Source of the DNA: Fibrobacteria bacterium
GTDB taxonomy: Bacteria; Fibrobacterota; Fibrobacteria; UBA11236
Assembly (NCBI GenBank): GCA_043732185.1
Contig: JAYTHY010000050.1
Coordinates: forward strand, 1-64,000
DNA length: 64,000 nt
Direction of reading: 5' to 3'
Positions 48,587 to 58,229 of this stretch are shown here, piece by piece. Numbering within the stretch: the first letter of the stretch is position 1; the number at the start of each line of letters is the position of its first letter. A model generated the notes under the pieces. That model did not search any database and was not told the origin of the DNA. It was given only the letters and a program-made list of their open reading frames with translations. Made by a program: the position numbers and the translations under genes.

Positions 48587-51118
48587 ATGCGAATTCATTC
48601 CGAAAATATTTTCAATCGATCTCCGTCTATTATTGGTCTTAGTGTGGTCCTTGTAGTTTCCAACCTACTCGCAGTGCCACCCGTTAATTTCGCTCGAGGA
48701 GCCTTCGGTATTCTCAACTGCGGATCCCAAGAAGGATTGACGCAATTGCCTGATGCCTATTTTGATTACCTCCAACGCATGAATATGCAATGGGTTGACA
48801 TTGGCGTTACCTTGCAGGTGGACAATTCCGTGGACAGCACCGTCGAGCGGTTTTATTCAACGGACTATGTGAATTACGTGCCTACTTTCCCGGATGCCAG
48901 CATCATCAAAATGGTTCAGCAACTCCATGCCCATGGCTATAAAGTGCTCATCAACCTTTCCTTGGACGAGCCTTGGCCGGAAGACGGTTCAGTCAACCCC
49001 GCCCTTGTGCCCGGCAAAGCCGCCTGGCGTTATCAAATTGGCGATCCCGCCACGCCAGTCGGTTACACGCTGGCAGAATGGCCCTGGAACCCAGCCAACA
49101 CCAATCACACGGCTTTTGTAAAATCCTTTTGGGCCAGCTACACGCGTGAGGTCGTCCATTACGCCACCCTTTGTGAACAGGAAGGCGTGGAAGTTTTACA
49201 AGTCGGCGCTGAAACCCAGGAACTGTTTCGAACCCGTGCCATCGGAACAAAAACCAATCACTTTCGCACTCAAATCCAAGCCTTGATGGACTCGACTCGC
49301 GCCCATTACACCGGTAACGTCGGCTACTATATGCATGCCGGTACTTGGAAAAAGGCCTATCACAATGTGGACACTCTGTACCATGAACTCTGGGGCGATG
49401 TGGGATTCGATGTCATTGGAGGCAGTATTTACGGCTTGGTAACCCCCAAAACCACGGTGGCCACCAACACCTTGGCCTACATGAAGAGCCAATTCACCAC
49501 TATTTTTAGCACTTATTTTGGACCGGTCGTTCGCAAATACCCAACTAAAACCGTGGCCATTCTCGAATGTGGTATTCCTGTGTGGAACAAAACATCGGTT
49601 TTTGCGGAACCGGATGGAAGCGTACTCATGAATCGGGAAGATTTGAATTCAAATGGCGTGATAGATGCGGAAGAAGTGCAGACAAATATGTTCGACGCCT
49701 ATTACAGCGTGATCGACAGCTTAGGTTATCCTCAGCCGGGATTCATTTTCGGTGATGAAGCCTCTACCGATGCCATTGCACATCTAGGTTCCGCCTACCC
49801 TGGATATGGAGTACGAAATCGCAATGCCGAACTCAGCTTGATGCGCCGTTTTCGAAACGTCACTTTTACATCCGGACAAAATACAGTGCCGCGACTGCTC
49901 GCCAAAAGTGATTCCAACTATGTCGCCATCATAGGCCAGGACTTCTCAACCAAACCATTTAGCGCCGTCGATGATGATACAACCAAAGGGGATATCGTGC
50001 GCTATCGGACCCTCTGGTCCAACTACCCCTGGTTCGGCGCCGCGCCCTCGCGCGGGACCGTCACCGGCATCCCCCAAGACGATGACGCCGGCTGGTGGCA
50101 GGCTAAACTGTTCGCCCAGGATATTTATGGAAAAGGCACTGCCGACACAGCTAGTTTCATACTGTGGGCCATCCACCCCCGTTCCACCGAGGTTACCTCG
50201 GTCCCGCCCACCACCATGGTTCCCGGCCAGGCCGTAAATTACCAGGTCAAGGTTGTGGACGGCAGTGGCGTTCAAATTACCACAGGACTTACTTATACAT
50301 TGTTGGTCAACCCGTTTTTCCTTTCCGTGAGCAGTACCGGGAAGGTTACGGGAATGCCTACATTTGCTGTAGCGGGAACAACGCGGGCGGCAGAAGTGAA
50401 AATCACCAAAACCACAGCCCCCACGGCAGTGTATTACGATTCCTGGCAAATCCGAGTGGAAAACACCAATGACCCACCCACCTGGGGAGGCGACGGCAAA
50501 TTGCTGGATCCTAAAAATGGCCAAACCTATCCTACCACCACACCCATCCTATTCCGCGTCGGATACAGCAATGATCTCAATGACGACACCCTCTCCTATG
50601 TCTACCGAATTTTTGGACCCGGATACGATACCACTTTCATCCGTAAATCCGGTGTCATCAGCCGTAACGGCTCACAAAAATGGGATACCACCAATATTCG
50701 CTTTTCCTTGAATCTGGCGGGACGCTTGACGCCAGGACAGACTTACTCCTGGTATGTCAAGGTTACGGATAAAAAGGATACCTTGACCTCTGAGACCTGG
50801 ACATTCAAGGCCCAAGACGGTGCCACGCCGGTTCAGAGTTTTTCGGGGTTGCCAACTCGATATTCCCTCGGCCAGGCAAAGTTCAATCCGTACAGTCGGA
50901 CTTTCACAATTCCCTTCGCTTTGCCAAAAGGCAGCCAAGTCAGCTTGAAATTATTTGATGGACTCGGAAATCAAGCCGGTGTGCTTTCCAAAGGATATCG
51001 GAAAGCTGGATATTATGGCCTAAGCTTTGATGCCAGCCCCTATCGCGGTCAGCTCTATTTCTATAAGATGGAAGCGGGCGGATTTTCAGCAGTTCGGAAA
51101 ATGGTCCTGATCAGGTAG
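48587..51118 (+). CDS. Secreted GH113-like TIM-barrel hydrolase with Ig-like repeats and T9SS-like CTD
   Basis: FWASY...HYA...GVE...GAE; ILECG; Ig-like repeats (G.VTG.P); classic CTD ending RKMVLIR. Confidence 0.7.
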   Translation: MRIHSENIFNRSPSIIGLSVVLVVSNLLAVPPVNFARGAFGILNCGSQEGLTQLPDAYFDYLQRMNMQWVDIGVTLQVDNSVDSTVERFYSTDYVNYVPTFPDASIIKMVQQLHAHGYKVLINLSLDEPWPEDGSVNPALVPGKAAWRYQIGDPATPVGYTLAEWPWNPANTNHTAFVKSFWASYTREVVHYATLCEQEGVEVLQVGAETQELFRTRAIGTKTNHFRTQIQALMDSTRAHYTGNVGYYMHAGTWKKAYHNVDTLYHELWGDVGFDVIGGSIYGLVTPKTTVATNTLAYMKSQFTTIFSTYFGPVVRKYPTKTVAILECGIPVWNKTSVFAEPDGSVLMNREDLNSNGVIDAEEVQTNMFDAYYSVIDSLGYPQPGFIFGDEASTDAIAHLGSAYPGYGVRNRNAELSLMRRFRNVTFTSGQNTVPRLLAKSDSNYVAIIGQDFSTKPFSAVDDDTTKGDIVRYRTLWSNYPWFGAAPSRGTVTGIPQDDDAGWWQAKLFAQDIYGKGTADTASFILWAIHPRSTEVTSVPPTTMVPGQAVNYQVKVVDGSGVQITTGLTYTLLVNPFFLSVSSTGKVTGMPTFAVAGTTRAAEVKITKTTAPTAVYYDSWQIRVENTNDPPTWGGDGKLLDPKNGQTYPTTTPILFRVGYSNDLNDDTLSYVYRIFGPGYDTTFIRKSGVISRNGSQKWDTTNIRFSLNLAGRLTPGQTYSWYVKVTDKKDTLTSETWTFKAQDGATPVQSFSGLPTRYSLGQAKFNPYSRTFTIPFALPKGSQVSLKLFDGLGNQAGVLSKGYRKAGYYGLSFDASPYRGQLYFYKMEAGGFSAVRKMVLIR

Positions 51119-51130
51119 GACCATCTAGGC

Positions 51131-51158
51131 GGCTTGAACCGAGTCGGGGGGTTCGGCC
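51131..51158. terminator. Possible terminator hairpin between convergent genes
   Basis: GGCTTGAACC pairs with GGTTCGGCC; weak U-tract. Confidence 0.4.
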
Positions 51159-51174
51159 CATTTAGAGGCTCTCT

Positions 51175-51849
51175 TTACTTCGGAGCCATGCGGAAAATAT
51201 GGTTCTCGGAACCCTGAACCATGAGGTACACGCCTTCCGGAAAATTGTGTGACGGGATTCGACCTTGCTGCGATTTACCTGTCCAGACTGGTTTTCCTAT
51301 CACATTGTAAATGGTCGTGGGTACGGCCACCAATTGCGTAAAAGGAGCCTGCCAGGAAAAAGGCTTTATCACATAGGTACCTGGACGACAGCCCGCGATA
51401 AAAGTTGTGTCCGTTTTAGGATGGAGATCTACATACATGGAAGAAATGCGCATTTCCTCAACGGCTGGTAGCTTATAAAAAGAAACCAATGGGTCAATCC
51501 ATGTGACCAAGGAAAAAGGTGTTTTGAGTATCGTGACCGTATCCGTCAATTTAAATCCATAATAAGCCTTTAGAGAATCGCCTGGTCTAAGATAATGTTT
51601 GGCGATGGAAAGCGTGTCGACTTTGATTTCCACATAAAGCAACGGCGTCGTACCCTTGTTGTAATAGGTAGTGTCCCCGGCATTATAAACATAGACTTGG
51701 ACTTCTACCGTATCCCATTTGACGTTTTTCCCGCTAAGGAGTTTTGTGCCAAGGGGGGAAACGGCAAGCTTCAATGTGGCATAGGAAGATTCAAACAGTG
51801 CTGCGATAAAAGCGAATACCAAAATGGTTTTGGGAATGCGAAACTTCAT
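51175..51849 (-). CDS. Secreted hypothetical protein (CARDB/Ig-like) with sorting tail
   Basis: Signal peptide; VYNAG..., WIDP; IYNVIGK...GVYL tail. Confidence 0.65.
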   Translation of the reverse strand: MKFRIPKTILVFAFIAALFESSYATLKLAVSPLGTKLLSGKNVKWDTVEVQVYVYNAGDTTYYNKGTTPLLYVEIKVDTLSIAKHYLRPGDSLKAYYGFKLTDTVTILKTPFSLVTWIDPLVSFYKLPAVEEMRISSMYVDLHPKTDTTFIAGCRPGTYVIKPFSWQAPFTQLVAVPTTIYNVIGKPVWTGKSQQGRIPSHNFPEGVYLMVQGSENHIFRMAPK

Positions 51850-52352
51850 GGGGCCGCCTTGGGCAGATTGCCGCAGTTTTTACCGGTGTACAAAGTATCA
51901 TGAATAGTTTTTCTGTGAAAATTGTAGGTCTTGGTAATAGCATTATTACCGGTACTTGCCACCGGTTCACCCGACACCCCTGCGGGATCGGCATAGCAAA
52001 TAATCGAGAACGCCTTCTTCTCGATCAACATCGGAATGTCATAGGAATAGTTAACGCCGGAATTAAAAACTTGTAAAGAGTCTACGCCGCCGCGCGCCTT
52101 CAAAACGCCTTCAATACTGATATCAGCCGAAACCCATGGCGCCTGCGGTTTGGTGGCTCCACCCTTAGGCGTAATGGTGAAAGACACGCTGACGGAATCC
52201 ATTTCCAGATTGGAAACCGAGTCGATCATTTTTACAACCAATCCAGATGGAACGACATCCACGGCCGCAAAGCCGGCGCCACTGAGTATGGCCCCGATGG
52301 CCACTACAATTATGAGCTTAATCATGTTTCCCCCAATCATGAATGGAAACAT
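51846..52352 (-). CDS. Secreted hypothetical protein (CARDB/Ig-like)
   Basis: Signal peptide; ADP......NN motif; 4-nt overlap with downstream gene. Confidence 0.6.
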   Translation of the reverse strand: MFPFMIGGNMIKLIIVVAIGAILSGAGFAAVDVVPSGLVVKMIDSVSNLEMDSVSVSFTITPKGGATKPQAPWVSADISIEGVLKARGGVDSLQVFNSGVNYSYDIPMLIEKKAFSIICYADPAGVSGEPVASTGNNAITKTYNFHRKTIHDTLYTGKNCGNLPKAAP

Positions 52353-52534
52353 AATAAAAACGGTTTGAATACCTACAAAATCCGGGCTGCCTGACCCCGA
52401 AGAAGCCTTAAATCCCGTGATTCGAGGCCGTTGGCAATGGCCGGAGAATGAGCAAGTGCACTGAAAAAAAAATGGTGGTACGCTTTATTTCATGAAAACT
52501 TTTTTTGAAAATCCCGTCACAATAGGCCCCTTAT

Positions 52535-54961
52535 ATGCCGCGGCGTAACCCGTTTCTTATTGGTGTATTCCTTATATCGTTCGCCGTATTATTGTTCCAG
52601 GTGGTGCAAACCCGTATTCTGTCGGTAATTGCCTGGTATTATCTGGCCTTTTTTGCAATCAGTGTCGCGATGCTTGGCATGACGGCGGGCGCCGTCTGGG
52701 TATATCTCAAGCGCGCTCAACTGTCTCCGGATAAGTTGTCTACGTTGCTAGCTGACACTTCTCTACTGACTGCCGTATCAATGCCCGCCTCGGTCATGGT
52801 ACAATTTTGTTTAATAACCACCTTAGTTCCAGCAATTACTTCGCTTTTCGCATGGTCCTTGTTGATGACGGCGATGGCGTTACCTTATGTTTTTGCCGGC
52901 ATCACCCTTAGCTTAGCCCTGACCCGAAGCCCTTTTCCCGTTAGCTTGGTTTACGGTGTCGATCTATTGGGCGCTGCACTTGGCTGCGCGGCAGTGATCG
53001 GTGTTTTGAACGTACTTGACGGACCTTCAGCGATTCTCCTTGCTGGCTTGTTTGCGGGCATTGCTGCGTATACTTTTGCACTTGGTGCCACCGCATCCGA
53101 GAAAGCGCTCTTCGCACAACGCGGACGCTGGCGCCGCCCGCTGACGGTTAGCCTCTTTATGGCCATTTTGATTCCACTTAATGTAGCGAGTCCTTACGGC
53201 TTCAAGCCGGTGATGGTTAAGGACGCCTTCGAATGGGGCTTTCACTCGCGTACAGAGCGTTGGAACTCTTATTCCCGCATCCTCGCGTACCCGCCGGTGA
53301 TCGCACCACCGTATTTGTGGGGCCCTTCTCCCCTGCGCGACAGCACAATTTTTGTTCCACAAGCCTCGATGAATATCGACGGAGCCGCCGGCACCGCCAT
53401 GCACCACTTTGACGGGACGAAGGGGTCCATCGACTTCTTAAGGTATGATCTTGTCAATCTGGCTTATAACTTACCGGGTATCGAAAAGTCCGCCGTCATC
53501 GGGGTCGGTGGTGGCCGTGATTTGCTTGCCGCTCATTTGTTTGGCGTAAAGGATATAACCGGCGTAGAGTTGAACAGCATATTCATTGATTTGCATACCA
53601 AGGATCCTTTCTACGCGCCTTTCTCAAATTTAATGGCGGTGCCCGGTTTGAAACTACATGTGGATGACGCTCGGTCTTGGTTCGCTGCGACCCATGAATC
53701 CTTCGATCTGATCCAGATGAGCATGATAGACACTTGGGCGGCTACAGGCGCAGGCGCTTTTACCCTTAGCGAGAACGGTCTGTATACTTTGGAAGGATGG
53801 CGTGCTTTTCTGAGTCGGCTTACCGGCGATGGCATCTTTACGGTAAGTCGATGGTATAGTGCCGGAAACATCAACGAGTCTGGCCGCATGATTTCCTTGG
53901 CAATGGCGGCACTGTTCGACCTCGGCGTCAAAGCTCCACGCCAGCACATATTCGTAGCGAGCGCTGACAAGATTGCCACACTTGTGTTGTCGAAGAGCCC
54001 GCTTACACCGGACAAACTGATCCTGCTTAAAAACCAGACGGAGAAACTCGGTTTCAAAGTGCTCGTCACGCCGGATGCGGAACCGGAATCCGCCATTTTA
54101 CAACAGATTGTTACTGCAACGGATATAGCGAGCATCAACCAAGTTACCAGCAAGACATTTCTCGATCTAAGCGTCCCAACTGATAACAAGCCGTTTTTTT
54201 TCAACCAACTGCGCTTTAGAGATATTCCTCATTTTATTAAAATGAGGCAAAGCAACCAGTTGGGCAGCGGCGTACTCGGTGGCAATCTACGCGCCTCCAT
54301 GGCATTGGTATTGATTCTTGTGATTGCGTTCATGGCCGTAGTTTGCACAATCGTGCTGCCTCTTCGTGCAACGGCAAAATCAGCGTCACGTCGCCTTATA
54401 GCAATCGGAACAAGCTATTTCTCCCTAATCGGAGCAGGCTTTATGCTCACGGAAATTTCCTTGCTCCAATTTTTCAGCGTGTTCCTTGGTCACCCAATCT
54501 ATGCGATGGGCGTATGCCTGTTCAGCCTGATTCTATCAAGCGGTCTGGGCAGTCTGGCTTCGGGTCGATTTCCACTCAACACCCCTCGCCGCATTACCTT
54601 ATGGGGGGCGAGTGTCGGCGGGTACCTACTGCTGGCTCAATGGGGGCTGACTCACCTCTTTGAGCGGACGACGTCACAACCATTATCAGTGCGCATTTTA
54701 ATTTCGCTGGCGATCGTGATTCCAGTCGGATTTCTGCTGGGATTCGCCTTTCCTACGGGGATGTCACTGGTAAAGAAATTGGACTCTGAACCAACACCCT
54801 GGTTTTGGGGCATCAATGGTGCGACCGGTGTGCTCGCCTCGGTTCTCGGCGTAATGGTGAGTATGGCATTTGGTATTAATGTAACGATGTTCCTGGCTGG
54901 GCTGTGTTACTTGCTGCTGGTGCCTACTGGACGATTACTGCTTGCAGAGTCAGGACCTTAA
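52535..54961 (+). CDS. Polytopic membrane protein with central spermidine-synthase-like domain
   Basis: TM bundles flanking VIGVGGGRD, GVELN, DDAR, FDLIQ, ENGLYT.E. Confidence 0.88.
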   Translation: MPRRNPFLIGVFLISFAVLLFQVVQTRILSVIAWYYLAFFAISVAMLGMTAGAVWVYLKRAQLSPDKLSTLLADTSLLTAVSMPASVMVQFCLITTLVPAITSLFAWSLLMTAMALPYVFAGITLSLALTRSPFPVSLVYGVDLLGAALGCAAVIGVLNVLDGPSAILLAGLFAGIAAYTFALGATASEKALFAQRGRWRRPLTVSLFMAILIPLNVASPYGFKPVMVKDAFEWGFHSRTERWNSYSRILAYPPVIAPPYLWGPSPLRDSTIFVPQASMNIDGAAGTAMHHFDGTKGSIDFLRYDLVNLAYNLPGIEKSAVIGVGGGRDLLAAHLFGVKDITGVELNSIFIDLHTKDPFYAPFSNLMAVPGLKLHVDDARSWFAATHESFDLIQMSMIDTWAATGAGAFTLSENGLYTLEGWRAFLSRLTGDGIFTVSRWYSAGNINESGRMISLAMAALFDLGVKAPRQHIFVASADKIATLVLSKSPLTPDKLILLKNQTEKLGFKVLVTPDAEPESAILQQIVTATDIASINQVTSKTFLDLSVPTDNKPFFFNQLRFRDIPHFIKMRQSNQLGSGVLGGNLRASMALVLILVIAFMAVVCTIVLPLRATAKSASRRLIAIGTSYFSLIGAGFMLTEISLLQFFSVFLGHPIYAMGVCLFSLILSSGLGSLASGRFPLNTPRRITLWGASVGGYLLLAQWGLTHLFERTTSQPLSVRILISLAIVIPVGFLLGFAFPTGMSLVKKLDSEPTPWFWGINGATGVLASVLGVMVSMAFGINVTMFLAGLCYLLLVPTGRLLLAESGP

Positions 54962-54973
54962 GCCACAACCAGC

Positions 54974-55432
54974 CTACTTCACTTCTCCGTGTAAAAAAGC
55001 CATTCCTTCCACGCAGCGGATATACTCTGTCAAAGCCTGCTTGTCATCCATCTGGCCAGAGGCCAAACCCACCTCCAAGATTTCCAACTTGGCGCTACAG
55101 ATTTGGGCTTGAGCCACATTCTCGTCCAAATTGTGAGATTTCAAAAGCTGTAATGTCACAGTCGCGATCAAGGAAGAAACTGCCGCTGCGCCACAGAGAA
55201 TTTGCCAGCTGGGAGAACTAAGTCCAAATATCCCGGACAGCCATGCCGTGAAAGATTTGCCGCCCAGAGCTGGGCCTGCAGTAAGCAATGCGGAAAGGCT
55301 GCCTGCAAAAATAGATGTGTTGACCAAATGCCGTTTTCGAGGCTTGGCTTTCGCCAGGTAGGTACTCACCTGAAGATTTTTGTCCTTGATGCGCGCATTT
55401 AAATCCAGAAGAACGCTGGCTTTATCTATCAT
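54974..55432 (-). CDS. Two-TM protein, SLATT/DUF4231-like topology
   Basis: Helix-TM-TM-helix layout; start refined to MIDKAS because the longer ORF overlaps the tRNA. Confidence 0.55.
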   Translation of the reverse strand: MIDKASVLLDLNARIKDKNLQVSTYLAKAKPRKRHLVNTSIFAGSLSALLTAGPALGGKSFTAWLSGIFGLSSPSWQILCGAAAVSSLIATVTLQLLKSHNLDENVAQAQICSAKLEILEVGLASGQMDDKQALTEYIRCVEGMAFLHGEVK

Positions 55433-55582
55433 AGGCGGCCACTTTCTTTTACTTCGTCCTGTGCAAAATAAAATTAAATCCGAAGTGTTGGAGCGAGTAA
55501 AGTAGGCCGTGGGCGATATGGTTTTTATAGCCGACATGGCCATCACAAATACGATGATGTCTGATTGGAAATAGCGAAAAAG

Positions 55583-55659
55583 TGGGGTGGACGACGGGAC
55601 TTGAACCCGCGGCCAGCGGAACCACAATCCGCTGCTCTACCAACTGAGCTACGACCACC
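55583..55659 (-). tRNA. tRNA-His (GTG)
   Basis: Cloverleaf with G-1, TAGCTCAGTTGGTAGAGC D-arm, GCGGA-TTGTGGT-TCCGC anticodon arm, GGTTCAAGTCC T-arm, C discriminator and encoded CCA. Confidence 0.97.
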
Positions 55660-55691
55660 ACGAGATGGCCAAACTTAGAAAGGACGGGTAC

Positions 55692-55946
55692 TTATGCCAA
55701 GGCAGTTGCTTGAAGTGGCATTAGCGGGGACATTTGCTTGTCCGCATTGTCGATTTCCGGACGGTTCATACTCGCCTCATTGCCATTAGCTTCCATTCCA
55801 AACGACGCCGGACGGGGAGGTGGGAGAAGTTTTACGGTAAACTGGTTGTCATCAAACTTTCGGTTTTCGAAGTACATAAAGACAGAAAAGCCCAATAGAA
55901 ACAGGGAAAATCCGGACAAATAGATGTATAAAACGGAGGCCAGCAT
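55692..55946 (-). CDS. Small single-TM hypothetical protein
   Basis: MLASVLY... hydrophobic N-terminus; start refined. Confidence 0.5.
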   Translation of the reverse strand: MLASVLYIYLSGFSLFLLGFSVFMYFENRKFDDNQFTVKLLPPPRPASFGMEANGNEASMNRPEIDNADKQMSPLMPLQATALA

Positions 55947-56180
55947 TTCGCTAGTATAGCACCTGGAATTTTTGCCTGTCCAGGGGTAAGGGGAAAATAC
56001 CTGTCCCTTTCGGTACAACGATACCCGAATCAACGGCTCGGATTCTGCAATAAACTTTGAGAATCCCAGGCCTTTTGGGAAAGTGTAGAGTATCTTTTGA
56101 GTCATTCTGGCGCTATGCAGAAACGGGAACATTGGCTTTCCGCTGCCTCCAAAATTGTCCAGAGAAGGGGTGAGGGGATT

Positions 56181-58229
56181 ATGCCTTCCAGCGTTTTTCG
56201 GCTACCTGCCGTTGTCAAGGTTGCGGTCTTTGTGGCCGCGTGCAGCGTCTGGTTACTGACCAGTTGCAATATTTTTTCGCCGCTCGCCGCGGACAGCCAA
56301 AAGGACTTGAACTACCACGGTTTGATTCTGCGAGGCAATCAGGCCATCAATGACAAAGACTATGCCGCAGCCGAGAGTTATTTTGCCGATGCCATGGCCA
56401 TGAATCCAAAGGGTTCCGAGGCCTATTTGTACCGATCCAAGGCGCTGGTCAATAAGTACAAGATCGACTACAACTCCCTCAATGATGAATTCAAACTTCG
56501 ACGGGGAAACGATCCGGATACAACCAAACGCAAGAAGGGCATACCCTTTATCGACTCCAACACCACTATAGAGGGTATCGATAGCATCTATTACCCCATC
56601 GCTCAGTCGGTTGAGGATCTGGAACATATCATCCGCAAAAAAAGTACGACCATCGCGTTGGAAGCGGGATTTTCCTTGACACCAGACGGGGATACTGCCA
56701 GCGATGGTGTTATATCCGAAGGCGTGGCTCGATTGGACTTGGGCTTATTGGAAGCCGTCAAGGCCATGCTTGGACCTTTGGATTTGGACAATGACAACCA
56801 TATCAGCAAAATTTGCGGCAAGAACATCTGCCCTAATTTGGATGCGACCTGCAAAGCTTCCACAGCGTATCTGAGTCATTGCAAAGAGGGTGAAAGATCT
56901 GAAATCATCCGGTTCGATAATTTCAAACTGCTGACCAAAAATCTCGACATCAACAAGCTGAGTAGCGATGATGTGCGCGCTCGCCAGGTTTCTTCAAACC
57001 CTAACGACATCAATGCCTTTCTGGATAAAATGGCGGGTCCGGTAGCGGGTTCTAACTTTAATCTAGATTCCGTTACTGGAGCCATGGATCAGCACAATGA
57101 AGCGAAACTCAGTTCAAATTTGGCCGAGATAGTCGGCAACATCAAGGACCTGAGCTTCTTCTTAGCCTATATGCGGTATAACGATGGCATCGACAATGAC
57201 TATGACGCTTCCTCCCTATCCGGCATAGGCCCACCCATGATTTGGCATGACTATGACCGCGATGGCCATGTGCGCTGGGATTATGATGATGTCACGACTC
57301 TCGTGGGATACGAAACCGCTGCAAATCCAGAAGTACACAATTTTGGCCATCCGGTTCATCGCCGTTTGCATCCTGAGCTCTATGTAAAGTTTACCGACAC
57401 GGATTGGACAAGGCGCGCTGTAGCCAAGGACACTTCCAAGAATTCACGAAAAGCCAGGATGATCCAACACTGCCAGGATATCGTTGACGGGCTGGCTACC
57501 GCTCCTTCCTCTAAAATCGATGACATTTTCAAGCTGAAATTGAAAATGGAAACCTGTTCCACTACCACTACCATCCTAAAGCCTGGTATCAAGCCTCCTG
57601 CTCGCAGCGATTGGATTAGCGGCACTTATGGAATCGATGAGGAGGAAGTGGATGATCGAGACAATGACTATGACGGCATACAAGATGAAGACGCACGCAA
57701 TTCCAAGGGGATGGATGATGACGATGACGCCTTGCTCGATATGACTATGATCGGTAAGGTGCCTCAGCCAATGGTGTGGGCGGATGTGGCCGGACATATG
57801 AACGCCTGTCCGGATATCGACGTGACCAAACCGATGCTGGATGCCCCGCTATCCCGGCAGTTTTGCATTGGCTCCCTGGAACACCGACTATACCTGGCTC
57901 AGCACGGCACAGGCTCCAACCCGCTACAATCCGCTAAAGACACCTTGAAGCTTTATTATTCGGAATTCATCGGAGAAGGGCCTAACAAAAACTGCTTGGA
58001 GGACTATGACAAGCTGGACTCGGCATTTAAGACAAAAGTTGGCCTGGGTGCCCGCACGGAGTCTGCCACCAAGCAGATTGTGGATCTAGCCTGTCACTTT
58101 AAACATATTTGGATCCGTGTCCGTCCCGCCAATTCAGAATGGACAGCGGGTGTATTGGGCATTGATGAAGAAGTAGCGGACGGAATCGATAATGATGGCG
58201 ATGGCTGGATTGACGAGGATATAAAATGA
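56181..58229 (+). CDS. Lipoprotein with TPR-like N-terminus, many Cys and DxxDNDxDG repeats
   Basis: GAGGGG RBS; LTS-C lipobox; acidic repeats. Confidence 0.8.
   Translation: MPSSVFRLPAVVKVAVFVAACSVWLLTSCNIFSPLAADSQKDLNYHGLILRGNQAINDKDYAAAESYFADAMAMNPKGSEAYLYRSKALVNKYKIDYNSLNDEFKLRRGNDPDTTKRKKGIPFIDSNTTIEGIDSIYYPIAQSVEDLEHIIRKKSTTIALEAGFSLTPDGDTASDGVISEGVARLDLGLLEAVKAMLGPLDLDNDNHISKICGKNICPNLDATCKASTAYLSHCKEGERSEIIRFDNFKLLTKNLDINKLSSDDVRARQVSSNPNDINAFLDKMAGPVAGSNFNLDSVTGAMDQHNEAKLSSNLAEIVGNIKDLSFFLAYMRYNDGIDNDYDASSLSGIGPPMIWHDYDRDGHVRWDYDDVTTLVGYETAANPEVHNFGHPVHRRLHPELYVKFTDTDWTRRAVAKDTSKNSRKARMIQHCQDIVDGLATAPSSKIDDIFKLKLKMETCSTTTTILKPGIKPPARSDWISGTYGIDEEEVDDRDNDYDGIQDEDARNSKGMDDDDDALLDMTMIGKVPQPMVWADVAGHMNACPDIDVTKPMLDAPLSRQFCIGSLEHRLYLAQHGTGSNPLQSAKDTLKLYYSEFIGEGPNKNCLEDYDKLDSAFKTKVGLGARTESATKQIVDLACHFKHIWIRVRPANSEWTAGVLGIDEEVADGIDNDGDGWIDEDIK

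Noticed and set aside
55433..55661. ORFs overlapping tRNA-His (55449-55661 and the extension to 55627)
   Set aside because: Explained by the tRNA sequence
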